The notes under the pieces are model-generated. The model had not been told where the DNA came from and ran no database searches. It saw only the letters and a program-made list of their open reading frames with translations. From positions 33,852,001 to 33,916,000 of the forward strand of contig NC_092344.1 of assembly GCF_963676685.1 (NCBI RefSeq): a stretch of 64,000 nt of DNA. The letters run 5' to 3'. Below, one piece after another: positions 51,640 through 63,372 of this stretch (the first letter of the stretch is position 1; each line of letters opens with the position of its first letter). The stretch comes from Mytilus edulis. Taxonomy: Eukaryota. Position numbers and translations under genes: made by a program.

Positions 51640-52803
51640 TCAACATAGTGCATATACTTTAGTTGTATATGATTGTTTCCCCTCTTCTGTCATACACCCA
51701 ACCCACAAAAACCCTTTTTGGTCCACACAAACACTCAAAGGCGGACTAATACCTATCTTATTAGAGTTCAAATATTGAAGCAAAATGCCTGTTTTATCCA
51801 GAATATGTATAGCATAGTCACTAGGATCAGCAACAATGATACAACCGTTATTGTCACAAGCTATACTCATTGGTATAAAGTCATTGCAATGCTGGCTTGG
51901 ATTTCCATCATACGTGAACTTTAAATTTCCTTCTTTATCAAGTACAACAATTTGTCCGAGATACACCCCTGTTCTATTAACGACGCAAATATCACCATTT
52001 ACATTTTCAGTTACTCTGTATGGTAAAATGAAAAATTTGAGTCCGCGACTTCCATATTCGATTTCCTTAATGACTTTTCCCGCGTCATTCATTTTGACAA
52101 CTTTTCGTGTGGTCGTTTTGGTAACGAGGAAATTTGATGCATCAACAACAGTCACTAGTATGTTTCCCGATCTTGTTATATGAATACCCTCTGGGTAAAG
52201 GGGCATACAGCCACGAAACGTAGATATAGTTCCATCTTTTCTCGATAGCTTCTTTATTGCACAATCGCCAAATTTAGTGAAGAGAATATCTCCTGATGGC
52301 ATCACAGTCATATCAGAGACTGGTGTATCGTATTGTTCCTTAGGTTCTATTTTATCATGGCACGTGAGACTACGAACTGGTGACCTGTTCCAGCATCCTA
52401 CCCAAACTGAATTCTTCTCATCACAGCATATTGCATTGACAGATGGTATGTCAGCGTCAAACTCAAGTTTTTTGTCAATTACACCTTGCAAAATGTTAGT
52501 TTTTAATTTTGTTGTCGTTACTGTAGTTTTGATCTCTGGTTTAACTCTTGGAGTGTCCAAATTGATAGCTAACAAATTTGGAGCTCTATAAACTGCTGCT
52601 TTAGTTACATGTACTACTGCTCGAAACCTCCGCTGGCCTTCACTTGTTGGTTTTTGAGTTTCGGAATTTGACACTATATTTCTTTGCAATTTCCGAGCAT
52701 TTGTAATTTTCTGGAGAATCTTCTTTGAGTTCCAAGAGGAATTAGTTTTATCTGTAGATTTCTTAAAAAACGACGCAAATTTAGCTTTTTCTTGTGGATT
52801 CAT
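51640..52803 (-). CDS. Intronless NHL-repeat / six-bladed beta-propeller protein related to the C-terminus of bivalve TRIM-NHL proteins (387 aa)
   Basis: Long ORF with NHL-type blades (PEGIHITRSGNILVT, PYRVTENVNGDICV, IVVLDKEGNLKFTYDG, PMSIACDNNGCIIVAD, IHILDKTG, PLSVCVDQKGFLWVG). The basic N-terminus has no Cys/His B-box or RING pattern. Confidence 0.88.
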   Translation of the reverse strand: MNPQEKAKFASFFKKSTDKTNSSWNSKKILQKITNARKLQRNIVSNSETQKPTSEGQRRFRAVVHVTKAAVYRAPNLLAINLDTPRVKPEIKTTVTTTKLKTNILQGVIDKKLEFDADIPSVNAICCDEKNSVWVGCWNRSPVRSLTCHDKIEPKEQYDTPVSDMTVMPSGDILFTKFGDCAIKKLSRKDGTISTFRGCMPLYPEGIHITRSGNILVTVVDASNFLVTKTTTRKVVKMNDAGKVIKEIEYGSRGLKFFILPYRVTENVNGDICVVNRTGVYLGQIVVLDKEGNLKFTYDGNPSQHCNDFIPMSIACDNNGCIIVADPSDYAIHILDKTGILLQYLNSNKIGISPPLSVCVDQKGFLWVGCMTEEGKQSYTTKVYALC

Positions 52804-52838
52804 TGTGATCGTTCTTTACACGTATGAACCACGCGGTC

Positions 52839-52875
52839 AGACTGCAGCAAGACTTGTTCTAAGTTGGCTTTTATA
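52839..52875 (-). promoter_or_regulatory. TATA box plus Inr-like element of the NHL gene
   Basis: TATAAAAG at 52875-52868 (-); CAGTC with the A at 52843, 32 nt downstream of the TATA start and 40 nt upstream of the ATG. Confidence 0.6.
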
Positions 52876-53680
52876 CGAAAGGTAAGATTAACTTCCTGTC
52901 AACAACCAAACACGAGACGCGTGATATGGGCCTTAATAGAAACTATTGTGTCTGTAGATAAACAATGATATCTTAAACAAATCTTAATATATAATGATAA
53001 TCCGATACTCAATCAAATATGTACTTATTATCCCTCAATTGATTTATATACTGCCTACACCTGCTAATGAATGAAGTAAAGGTCAAAATGTATATTTATT
53101 TGATCACATATTAAATTAAATCCAGAATGATCTTTCCTGCGTCATTAAACGGTCTACTTAATTAATGTACTAGTATATCTTGGTCAGTTTTAAAAACTTG
53201 CGGTTGGTCTTATTGAAGCTGTGATTACTGATTTATATGTCTGCGTGTGCTTATCACGTATTGTAAACAAAAATAAACACTTCGGACGTAATGAGTGAGG
53301 AGAATGACACCAAACTTAGCAAATATTTTTTTTTTATTTGTTTCTTTATTTATGATAAGAATGGATAAATGAGTTTATATAAAAAAGAAGATGTGGTATG
53401 ATTGCCAATAAGACAACTATCCACAAAAGACCAAAATGACACAAACATTAACAACCATAGGTCACCTTACGGCCTTCAACAATAAGCAAAGCCCATACCG
53501 CATAGTCAGCTATAAAGGCCCCGATAAGACAATGTAAAACAATTCAAACGAGAAAACTAACGGCCTTATTTCTGTAAAAAAATGAATATTAGTCTGTCAA
53601 TTGGTTGAAAAGCTATTTATCACTAATTTGAGATTAAAGTTGTTGCTTTAACATCACAAAAATTACACAGACAACGTAGA

Positions 53681-54012
53681 TCAGTGAACTTCTTTAATAA
53701 CTCGAGACCGCTGGGTATGTATAAAATTTGGATCCAATTCACACGGTGTATTGTGCTCCATGGGGATCGGATCCAGATTTTTACTTTCCCCCCGTTTGCG
53801 GTTTCGTGTATTGATCGACTCTTTAGTTGATTCAGATCCCTGTGTGGATTTCGAATCGGAATACTCGGTGTGTTCTAGAAAACTGTTCGATCAATTGAAA
53901 CCAAATATGAAAATATGACGGAAGAGTATTTAAGTGATACTAACCGAGCCCAAGTTTTGTTTGTTTTATAGTTGATAACCAACCAATATGACATAAAAAG
54001 AAGAAATTGCAT
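53681..54012 (-). CDS. Candidate two-exon small secreted precursor (89 aa), unverified
   Basis: 54012-53945 MQFLLFMSYWLVINYKTNKTWA, a 62-nt GTTAGT...AACAG intron, then 53882-53681 open to TGA; contains RNRKR. Confidence 0.3.
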
Positions 54013-54091
54013 TTACATTGGAATCTGTAAAAATCTTTTTTAGACCCGCTACACTTCTTCTTCTCTTCTTCTTTCATTACAGAATCGGACT

Positions 54092-56666
54092 CTTCTTGAG
54101 TGTATGATTATTGTTGCTCGTATAATCCTCCTCCTCTATAAACCAGCAGTATCTATAACAGTAATTATTTCTTGAGTGTATGACTACTTATGCTCCTCTA
54201 TTATCAAAACCAGCAGTATCTATAACAGTAATTACTTCTTGAGTGAATGACTACTTTTGCTCGTATAATCCTCCTCCTCTATTATCAAAACCAGCAGTAT
54301 CTATAACAGTAATTACTTCTTGAGTGAATGACTACTTTTGCTCGTATAATCCTCCTCCTCTATTATCAAAACCAGCAGTATCTATAACAGTAATTATTTC
54401 TTGAGTGTATGACTACTTTTGCTCGTATAATCCTCCTCCTCTATTATCAAAACTAGCAGTATCTATAACAGTAATTACTTCTTGAGTGTATGATTATTTT
54501 TACTCGTATAATCCTCCTCCTCTTTTATGAAAACCAGCAGTATCTATAACAGTAATTATTTCTTGAGTGTATGACTACTTTTGCTCGTATAACCCTCCTC
54601 CTCTTTTATGAAAACCAGCAGTATCTATAACAGTAATTATTTCTTGAGTGTATGACTACTTTTGCTCGTATAATCCTCCTCCTCTATTATCAAAACCAGC
54701 AGTATCTATAACAGTAATTACTTCTTGAGTGTATGATTATTTTTACTCGTATAATCCTCCTCCTCTTTTATGAAAACCAGCAGTATCTATAACAGTAATT
54801 ATTTCTTGAGTGTATGACTACTTTTGCTCGTATAATCCTCCTCCTCTTTTATGAAAACCAGCAGTATCTATAACAGTAATTATTTCTTGAGTGTATGACT
54901 ACTTTTGCTCGTATAATCCTCCTCCTCTTTTATCAAAACCAGCAGTATCTATAACAGTAATTATTTCTTGAGTGTATGACTACTTTTGCTCTTATAATCC
55001 TCCTCCTCTTTTATCAAAACCAGCAGTATCTATAACAGTAATTATTTCTTGAGTGTATGACTACTTTTGCTCGTATAATCATCCTCCTCTATAAACCAGC
55101 AGTATCTATAACAGTAATTATTTCTTGAGTGTATGACTACTTTTGCTCGTATAATCCTCCTCCTCTATTATCAAAACCAGCAGTATCTATAACAGTAATT
55201 ACTTCTTGAGTGTATGATTATTTTTACTCGTATAATCCTCCTCCTCTATTATCAAAACCAGCAGTATCTATTAACAGTAATTACTTCTTGAGTGTATGAC
55301 TACTTTTACTCGTATAATCCTCCTCCTCTGTTATCAAAACCAGCAGTATCTATTAACAGTAATTACTTCTTGAGTGTATGATTACTGTTGCTGGTATAAT
55401 CCTCCTCCTCTATTATCAAAACCAGCAGTATCTATTAACAATAATTACTTCTTGAGTGTATGACTACTTTTACTCGTATAATCCTCCTCCTCTATTATCA
55501 AAACCAGCAGTATCTATTAACAGTAATTACTTCTTGAGTGTATGATTACTTTTACTCGTATAATCCTCCTCCTCTATTATCAAAACCAGCAGTATCTATT
55601 AACAGTAATTATTTCTTGAGTGTATGACTACTTTTACTCGTATAATCCTCCTCCTCTATTATCAAAACCAGCAGTATCTATTAACAGTAATTACTTCTTG
55701 AGTGTATGATTACTGTTGCTGGTATAATCCTCCTCCTCTATTATCAAAACCAGCAGTATCTATTAACAGTAATTACTTCTTGAGTGTATGACTACTGTTG
55801 CTCGTATAATCCTCCTCCTCTATTATCAAAACCAGCAGTATCTATTAACAGTAATTACTTCTTGAGTGTATGACTACTTTTGCTCGTATAATCCTCCTCC
55901 TCTATTATCAAAACCAGCAGTATCTATTAACAGTAATTACTTCTTGAGTGTATGATTACTGTAAGATTTGAAATATTCAAATTTTAAATATAAGTTTATT
56001 ATTTATTAAATGTTTAACTAACATATTCATTTATTCTTGTAAGAATAAGAAACACAGTTTTTACTATTTATTTATGAAAGCGCTAATGTAACGTTGCGCT
56101 ATTTTGAACAACACATTTTCCCGTTTCTGTTTTGTGACGTTACGCCTTTGACGTGCGCTTCGTCGTCTAGACTTTATTTGATTACATACGGATGCACATT
56201 GTTTTTTATTAGACAGATTATAGTTGGTAAGAAACTTTTTATGTATACTATCTTTTTATTACATCAAAACTTATTTAAAGAGAGAAAACATTGTATACTA
56301 TTTATTAGAAATATGCGTAACTTTTAATTATTATTTTAAACGTAATTTAACTTACGAGAGAACTTATGATACATGAATGAAATGGTTTTTATTGTTTGTT
56401 TAGTTTAATGTGAATACTTAAACATGTATCTTATTATAATTTGTGTACTTTTACTTATGTGAAATTATTCTTTATTTGTAGAGAAACGATTGTTAGCGAC
56501 CATATGATTTTATAAAAGAATAAAAGATAGATACATGGTGCAACTTAACTCGCATACTCATTTCTTCGCCCTAAGTTAAACTTTATGTGATTCGTACAAT
56601 TACTGTTGCTCGTATAATCCTCCTCCTCTATTATCAAAACCAGCAGTATCTATTAACAGTAATTAT
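54092..56666. repeat. 81/82-bp tandem satellite, about 23 units plus a final unit split by a solo LTR
   Basis: Unit ttcttgagtgtatgactacttttgctcgtataatcctcctcctctattatcaaaaccagcagtatctat(t)aacagtaatta(c/t); period 81 (54241 to 54322). Confidence 0.97.
55960..56598. mobile_element. Solo LTR (639 bp) with 5-bp target duplication
   Basis: TGTaaga...tcgtACA termini; ATTAC at 55955-55959 and 56599-56603; the satellite unit resumes exactly; AATAAA near 56519. Confidence 0.75.
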
Positions 56667-56679
56667 TTATTTTCAAATT

Positions 56680-57020
56680 AAAACTATTTACATCTGAGAT
56701 CTAAGGAGTTATTGATGTGAGATGTTGCTGTCAAGGCCTCTGGTATGATGGTAAGGCTGGCCTTGAACCCTTCAAGTGTAGCTAATGTTGTGTTTTTTTA
56801 ACGGTAAAGTGTTCATTTCCCCATTTCCCTATTTCATCTTTGAAAGAAGAAGTATATGTACTAGTCTTTCTTAAGAATATACTGTTGGTATATGCAATGA
56901 CCTCATCTGGTCCGTGAATCTCCAGGTTTGTAGTAATTAGACGTTTCAATGTCTACCAATCTCTTTTGTATCTTGAAGGCCATGGTGATGCGGTCTTTGC
57001 AGCTGCGATCTTTTATAGCA
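56680..57020 (-). mobile_element. LINE ORF2 3' remnant (second copy ~59700-60030)
   Basis: MAYKIQKRLVAI..Y..DSRTR*GH..Y..FFFQRSNREWNTL..SLEGFKASL matches the YKI..TR.H..SFFPRTIREWN.LP..SL..FK tail of CR1/RTE-X-type LINEs. Confidence 0.65.
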
Positions 57021-58046
57021 ACCAATAATGCTAGGAAGATTATTTTCGAACGTTTGATTTTTTTGTGTTTAACGTGTTTTCATATACAATAAGTCATATA
57101 TCTTTTTTTTTTAATCTTTAATATTGAATATTTTTGTTAAATGAAAACAGTAATTAGTTTCGTGCTTCAAAGTGCTTTTTTTTTAGCTTCACCTGCAAAA
57201 TCAAATCAAAACATTTGAATCCCAAGTAAGTAAACATGTAAGCCATAAACGTGTGAAGAGATATATGATGAAAAGAGGCTTTAACAAATAGCCAAAAAAA
57301 CTTTTGTCTAATAGAGCTGTACACGTAGTAATTAATTCATCAACGGAGAATTTAGGAAATCGTGTCAGTAACAAAGCACGTAACTACTGAAAGCTTGTTA
57401 TTTTGAGACAGAGGAGCACACATCCTTAGGGTGTGTTTACACGATACCATAAAGAATATTATCCGATTTGTCGTCCGTTTCAATGATGTCTCTATCTCCT
57501 AGGTAAATCGAAAGGCCGAATCGCCCGATTTAGAAACGTTTTGTATGAATGAATGTGATTGGGAAATTCTACTCTGAATGAATAACTATTATGAATGAAA
57601 TGAAGTCTTTTATTTATCTAACCAGATTGACTTCAAAATGCTCGTAGCAAGGATCGTCAAGTTGAATTAAATAATTGTTTAAACAAATATTTGAAATTAA
57701 ATTGCCTATTGTATACAATGTGGGTAAAACCTATATGATTTCCTTCCCTTTAACTGATACTTTGTTCTAGTGCTATGTTTAATTTAAAAAAAAAATCAAT
57801 CAAAATTGCTTTCTCAAGACGAAATCGCAGTAACTATGAATTATTGTTTCGTTTCCCGAATAAATATGTCATTCTGTTGCATTCATTTTATTCTCCCTAA
57901 AAGTATCATTAATTAAGTATTTCGTTTCATTGAAATATTTCCAGCTTCTACACGTTTTACTCGCTGGTTTGCAATCAACTCATTGATGTTTGAAGCGGAA
58001 CCACTTACAAATCAGTCGTCGAATTTTAAGCGATCTTTGATAAACT

Positions 58047-58490
58047 GTCTTTCTCTAATTCTTCGTCAATTTATCCCTTTCTGCACCCATTGTATAAAAA
58101 AATTTAATCAACGTGTGGTTCGTTTGATCTCAGTACTTCATTGGTTAAAATCCGATTGTGACGTCGAATTTTCTTGCTGTCCTCTGAATTTCCTATTGTG
58201 ACGACATGAAAAAAGGCGACCATGCCTGACGACGTCACATAGAAAGAACACATCTTTTTGCAGATCATTCGAAAAGAAGGAATAAGTTTGCCTGCATAAT
58301 GTTAGAAAATCATTAGAGAAACAGATTCCACCACCAAATCTCGTGTAATACGATATTTATCCACTCTCGACAGTTAAATTATCAATTTTAAAGTCCTCGC
58401 CCAGGCGGCTCGGACTTTAAAATTGAAAATTTAACTGTCTCGAGTGGATAAATATCGTATTACACTCGATGCAGTGGTGGAATCTATATT
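58047..58490 (-). mobile_element. Hairpin-ended foldback element flanked by TAAACT direct repeats
   Basis: tttctctaat (58050) / attagagaaa (58312); hairpin ~58323-58486; absent from the paralogous site near 61097. Confidence 0.85.
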
Positions 58491-58892
58491 TAAACTATTG
58501 TTTCGACGTCATATAACAATGAAGATGTTTCACTTGTGATATTTAAAAAAAGCGCAAGGTATTGACTAGCCAAATCACTCACAATCCGTTTTCAGTCTGC
58601 CTATCAGCTTACTTGCAATCTTACCAGTTACGTTCTAGCATGACATGGATTTATAAGACAAGCTAGTTAGAAATAAGAAGAGACTGTTAACTTTAAACTA
58701 TTGTTTCGACGTCATATAACAATGAAGATGTTTCACTTGTGATATTTAAAAAAAGTGCAAGGTATTGACTAGCCAAATCACTCACAATCCGTTTTCAGTC
58801 TGCCTATCAGCTTACTTGCAATCTTACCAGTCACGTTCTAGCATGACATGGATTTATAAGACAAGCTAGTTTGAAATAAGAAGAGACTGTTA
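58489..58892 (+). repeat. 203-bp tandem duplication
   Basis: tttaaactattgtttcgacgtc...gaagagactgtta at 58489 and 58692, nearly identical. Confidence 0.9.
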
Positions 58893-59109
58893 GAAATCAC
58901 AATTCTTAAAGAGATTAAAATTAAACGCAAACACAAGTCACAATCAATTCATTGCTAGAGGGAAATGACAGCAAGGCAGTCTTAGCAATCTACTAAATAG
59001 ACAAAGTCACTCCAAACTACTATCGTTACTATGAATCTTACTTCATGACATATACAATCTTAGTCAGCCATAGTCAATTAACCCTGGCACCGATAACTAC
59101 CCCTGCTAT

Positions 59110-59388
59110 GAAAATTTCAGGGACTGAATTTTCGGCTCTCCCTTGACACCATTTGCGAGTATGGTCTTGAGGAAACGATGATAGTCCGTCGGAAGGGGAC
59201 GATAAATGGCTGACCCGTGTTAAGAGAGAGTCATATCTCTTGCACGTTAAAAACACCCTTAATTCGAAAAAGAGCAGGCTAATGCCGCTACAAGGCAGCA
59301 CTCGCACCCGCAAAGTGGAATGGGATTAATATAAGTTGCAAAACTTGTTTCCCAATCCACTATAAATAAATATGTTTAAACTAAACTA
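59110..59388 (+). mobile_element. 5'-truncated SINE (Deu/Nin-domain-like) with (TAAAC)n tail and 11-bp TSD
   Basis: acccctgctat at 59099 and 59389; gtcggaaggggacgataaa..tgcacgttaaaaacaccc core. Confidence 0.7.
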
Positions 59389-59632
59389 ACCCCTGCTATA
59401 AAACTCCACTTCACTAAAGAACAAATCAAGGTAACAATACACAAGATAAAACTATTCACAAACTATTTCACTTATAAACAAGATGATCGCTTGTTTATAT
59501 TCCAACAACTGAAACCATTTTTTGAACGACCAAAACAACGGTTAACCATTACTAAACTCTCATCAGAAAAACAACAATAAACCATTTCAATGATCTGTTA
59601 TGCAAAATACGACGGTTAACCATTCCTGATCT

Positions 59633-59692
59633 GCCGTGGTGTAGTGGCTAGTGAATCTTAATACTACTAACACAAGGGTTCCTGGTTCGATC
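59633..59692 (+). mobile_element. tRNA-derived SINE head (A and B boxes)
   Basis: gccgtggtgtagtggcta ... ggttcgatc; no complete cloverleaf. Confidence 0.55.
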
Positions 59693-61412
59693 AATTTTAA
59701 ACTATTTACATCTTGGATCTAAGGAGTTCTAGTCGTGAGAAGCTCCTGTCAAGACCTCTGGCAGAATAGTAAGGCTGGCCTTGAATCCTTCCAGTGAAGC
59801 TAATGTTGTGTTTTTTTCCGTTGAAGTGTTCCATTCCCTATTTGATCTTTGAAAGAAGAAGTATATGTACTAGTCTTTCTTAAGAATATACTGTTGGTAT
59901 ATGCAATGACCTCATCTGGTCCGTGAATCTCCAGGTTTGTAGTAATTAGACGTTTCAATGGCTACCAATCTCTTTTGTATCTTGTAGGCCATGGTGGGCG
60001 GTCTTTGCAGCGGCGAACTCTTATAGCAACCAATGGTGCTAGGAAGATTATTTTCGAGATATTACGTTTTTTTTTTTTTTGTGTTTAACGTGTTTTCGTT
60101 TACAATAAGTTATATATCTTTTTTTAATAATCTTTAATATTGAATATTTTTGTTAAATGAAAACAGTTATTAATTTCGTGCTTCAAAATGCTTTTTATTT
60201 AGCTTCACCTGCAAAACTCAAATCAAAACATTTGAACCCCAAGTAAGTAAACATGTAAGCCATAAACGTGCGAAGAGATATATGATCAAAAGAGGCTTTA
60301 AGAAATAGAAAAAAAAAACTTTTGTCAGATGGAGCTGTACATGTAGTTTCTTGGTTTATCAACGGAGAATTTAGGAAATCGTGTCAGTACCGAAGCACTA
60401 ACTACTGAAAGCTTGTTATTTTTGACACAGAGGCTAAACAATTCTTACGGTGCGTTTACACACTAAAGAATCTTATCCGATTTGTCATCCGATTCAATGA
60501 TGTCTCCAAGGTAAATCAAAAGGACGATTCACCCGATTTAGAATCGTTTTTTATGAATGAATGTAATGGAAAATTGTACTCTGAATGAATAACTATTATG
60601 AATTAAATGAACTCTTTTATATATCTACCCAGATTGACTTCAAAATGCTCGTAGGAAGGATAATCAAGTTGAATTAAATAATTTTTTAAACAAATATTTA
60701 AAATGAAATAGCCTATTTGTTTTTGTATGAATAAAATGCGAGCAAAACCTATATGATTTATATCCCTTGAATTGATACTTTATTCTACTGGTATGTTTAT
60801 TTTACAATAAATCAATCATAGAAGGTATGTCTAATCAAAATTATTTTCTCAAGACGAAATTGCAGTGACCCTAAATTATTGTTTCTTTTACCTAATAAAT
60901 ATGTCATAATATTTAAATAGTATTTTATTCTTAAAAAACGTATCTTTTTTTCAAATCGAAATGATACTTAATTAAGTATTTCGTTTCATCGAAATATTTA
61001 CATCTACTGCACGCAAATATTTTACATCAATCAGCTCCTTGATGTTTGAAGCTGAACCACTTAACAACCAGTCGTCGAATTTTCAGCGATCTTTGATAAA
61101 CTATTGTTTTGACGTCATATAAAAATAAAGATGTTTCACTTGTGATATTTAAAAAAAGCGCAAGGTATTGACTAGTCCAATAATTCACAATCCGTTTTCA
61201 GTCTGCCTATCAGCCAACCGGCCGACTGGCAAGCTTACGATTTACGTTCTAGTTAAATGACATATATCGTATCACCACTACACGGTATAACCTATATCGT
61301 ATCCCCTCTCTATATGGCGTTATCTATATCGTACCACCACTTCAAGATATTATCTATACAGTATCACCTCTACAAGGTATTATCTATATCGTACCACCAC
61401 TTCAAGATACTA

Positions 61413-62455
61413 ATATAGAATAATACATGGCAAAATCCGTATTGCATGCTGTATCACCACGAGAAACCAATATCAGTCACGAGGGCCGAAGATTCCGAGG
61501 GCAAATATCGGTCGAGTGGTGATACAGCATGCGATATCATATATTTTTACAAAACTTGATTCATGATATGCGTGTAAGGGTATAATCGTTTGATTCTGAG
61601 GTGGGGGCTTGGCAGAGTTAAAAAATATTCAGGACCCAATTTAGATGAAAATGAATAATATTGTCTTAAAACACATGAAAATTAAATATTCTGGACCCAA
61701 ATACATGTTTGTACTTATATACAAGGTATCACTGAAAATCTGGAAAGAAGCATTTTGATAATTTTCTAAAATGATTTTGTTAAGTCTGAATCAGTATCTA
61801 AAACAACTCATTTTCTCTAGCAAGTTTTTTTTTTTTAGAAATTCCAACTAAATGAGGTTACATTTTACATCATGCCAGGAAATACAGCAATTTGACATCA
61901 TAGGGTAAACTTTTGGTTACCTTCTGCTGTTGTTTTTTTCTATGGTCGGGTTGTTGTCTCTTTGGCACATTCCACATTTCGATTCTCAATTTTATTTGAA
62001 GTCGTTCGATTTATGACGTTACACCAGGTATGCGATTCGGGTTTTGTCATGCGATACGGGTTTAGCTATGCGATAAGGGGTATGCGATACAGGGTATGTG
62101 ATTCAGACTGGAAAAAAGAACCTTTATTAGATATATAAAAATGCTGTATTTAGTACTAAATTTAAATATATGATAATATCAGATTATTACATGGCATTTT
62201 TCATAACGTATGTATTATCAGCCCTAGGTTCAATATCAGCCCAACAGCCGCATGGCTCGAGGGCTGATATCGACAGAGGGCTGATAATACATACGAAATG
62301 AAAAATGACATGCTATGATCTTTTTATCATATTATGCTTCAACAATGGAGAAAAATAACAGATTTATATATTGATTCTTTTACGTGGTTCCCAAATAGAA
62401 GTTGAAAGAGTGAAAAGTTCATGGACGTCAGACCCCAAATTTAGTGCATTCGATA
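61413..62455 (+). mobile_element. Two adjacent hairpin-ended elements of the ATATGATA family (~61413-62176 and ~62177-62455)
   Basis: Each begins with an ..atacatggca.. hairpin followed by tatcatat; the first ends in atatgataa at ~62168. Confidence 0.65.
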
Positions 62456-62458
62456 TAA

Positions 62459-63337
62459 ATAGAGAATAATACATGGCAAAATCCGTATCATATGTCGTAT
62501 CATCCCGAGACATCAATATCAGCCCAAGGGCCTTTAGGCCCGAGGGATGATATTGGTCGAGGGTGATACGGCATGTGATACGGATTTTGCCATGTATTAT
62601 ACACTTTATCATATATTTCAACAGAAGAGTATTATATTATATGAACTGTTTTCTGATCCATAGCACTGGGTTACCTCCAGTTCTACTTTTGTCTTGTTTC
62701 AAAGGCCTTACAAGAACTGCTCAATTACTTATCCGAAGCACCTGGGTTACCTTACAATTTGCGTGCTGTTGTTTTAAAATATTTTGTTTATTACTGTATT
62801 AATTTGTGAGTTTTGTATTTTCCATAGTTGCATTTAGTGTGCCAAAAAATATGAAAACTTGACGTTCGTGACGTCACATACAATATGAAAACTCGAAGTT
62901 CGTGACGTCAACATACCAAACAATGACGTCATTCAAAAAATTTACCTATTTTGAGGAAAATTTTTCTTAAGCAAAAAAAAAACCAAAACTGACTTTATGT
63001 AAAAAGAAAAAAAAAAAAAAAAAAAAGTAGGGGTGTGATAAAGGGTATGCGATAAAGGGTAGGGGTGTGATAAAGGGTATGCGATAAAGGGTGCGCATCA
63101 AAGTTGCGCGATATGGATTAAACAGCAGGCTATTTATCACATATGTAAAACTACTGTATTTACTACTAAACATATGATAAAGTCTTTTATCATATGTTTA
63201 GTAGTAAATACAGTAGTTTTGCATATGTGATAAATAGCCTGCTGTTTAATCCATATCGCGCAACTTTGATGCGCACCCTTTATCGCATACCCTTTATCAC
63301 ACCCCTACCCTTTATCGCATACCCTTTATCACACCCC

Positions 63338-63372
<35 letters not shown>

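Larger units (their letters stand above)
56673..61260 (+). repeat. Local direct segmental duplication (~56673-58640 versus ~59691-61260)
   Basis: Colinear similarity over ~1.55 kb; the first copy carries an extra 444-bp insertion and a 203-bp tandem duplication. Confidence 0.9.

Noticed and set aside
51673-52591. Plus-strand ORFs 51673-51924, 51836-52183 and 52277-52591
   Set aside because: Antisense shadows of the 387-aa NHL gene.
54092-55962. Satellite as a CRISPR array or as a coding repeat (minus frame ITVIDTAGFDNRGGG resembles a GTPase DxxG motif)
   Set aside because: Units are contiguous with no unique spacers, there are no cas genes and the DNA is eukaryotic. The units contain stops in that frame and the 82-bp units shift frame.
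56903-57020. 26-aa ORF MA(F/Y)KIQKRLV(D/A)IETSNYYKPGDSRTR with an ACCATGG context and nearby TATA-like sequence, present in both duplicates
   Set aside because: It continues past the stop into ..FF.R..REWNTL..SLEGFKASL, the standard tail of a LINE ORF2, so it is a decayed retrotransposon rather than a micropeptide gene.
59633-59692. tRNA gene
   Set aside because: A and B boxes only; no acceptor stem or complete cloverleaf. It is a SINE head.
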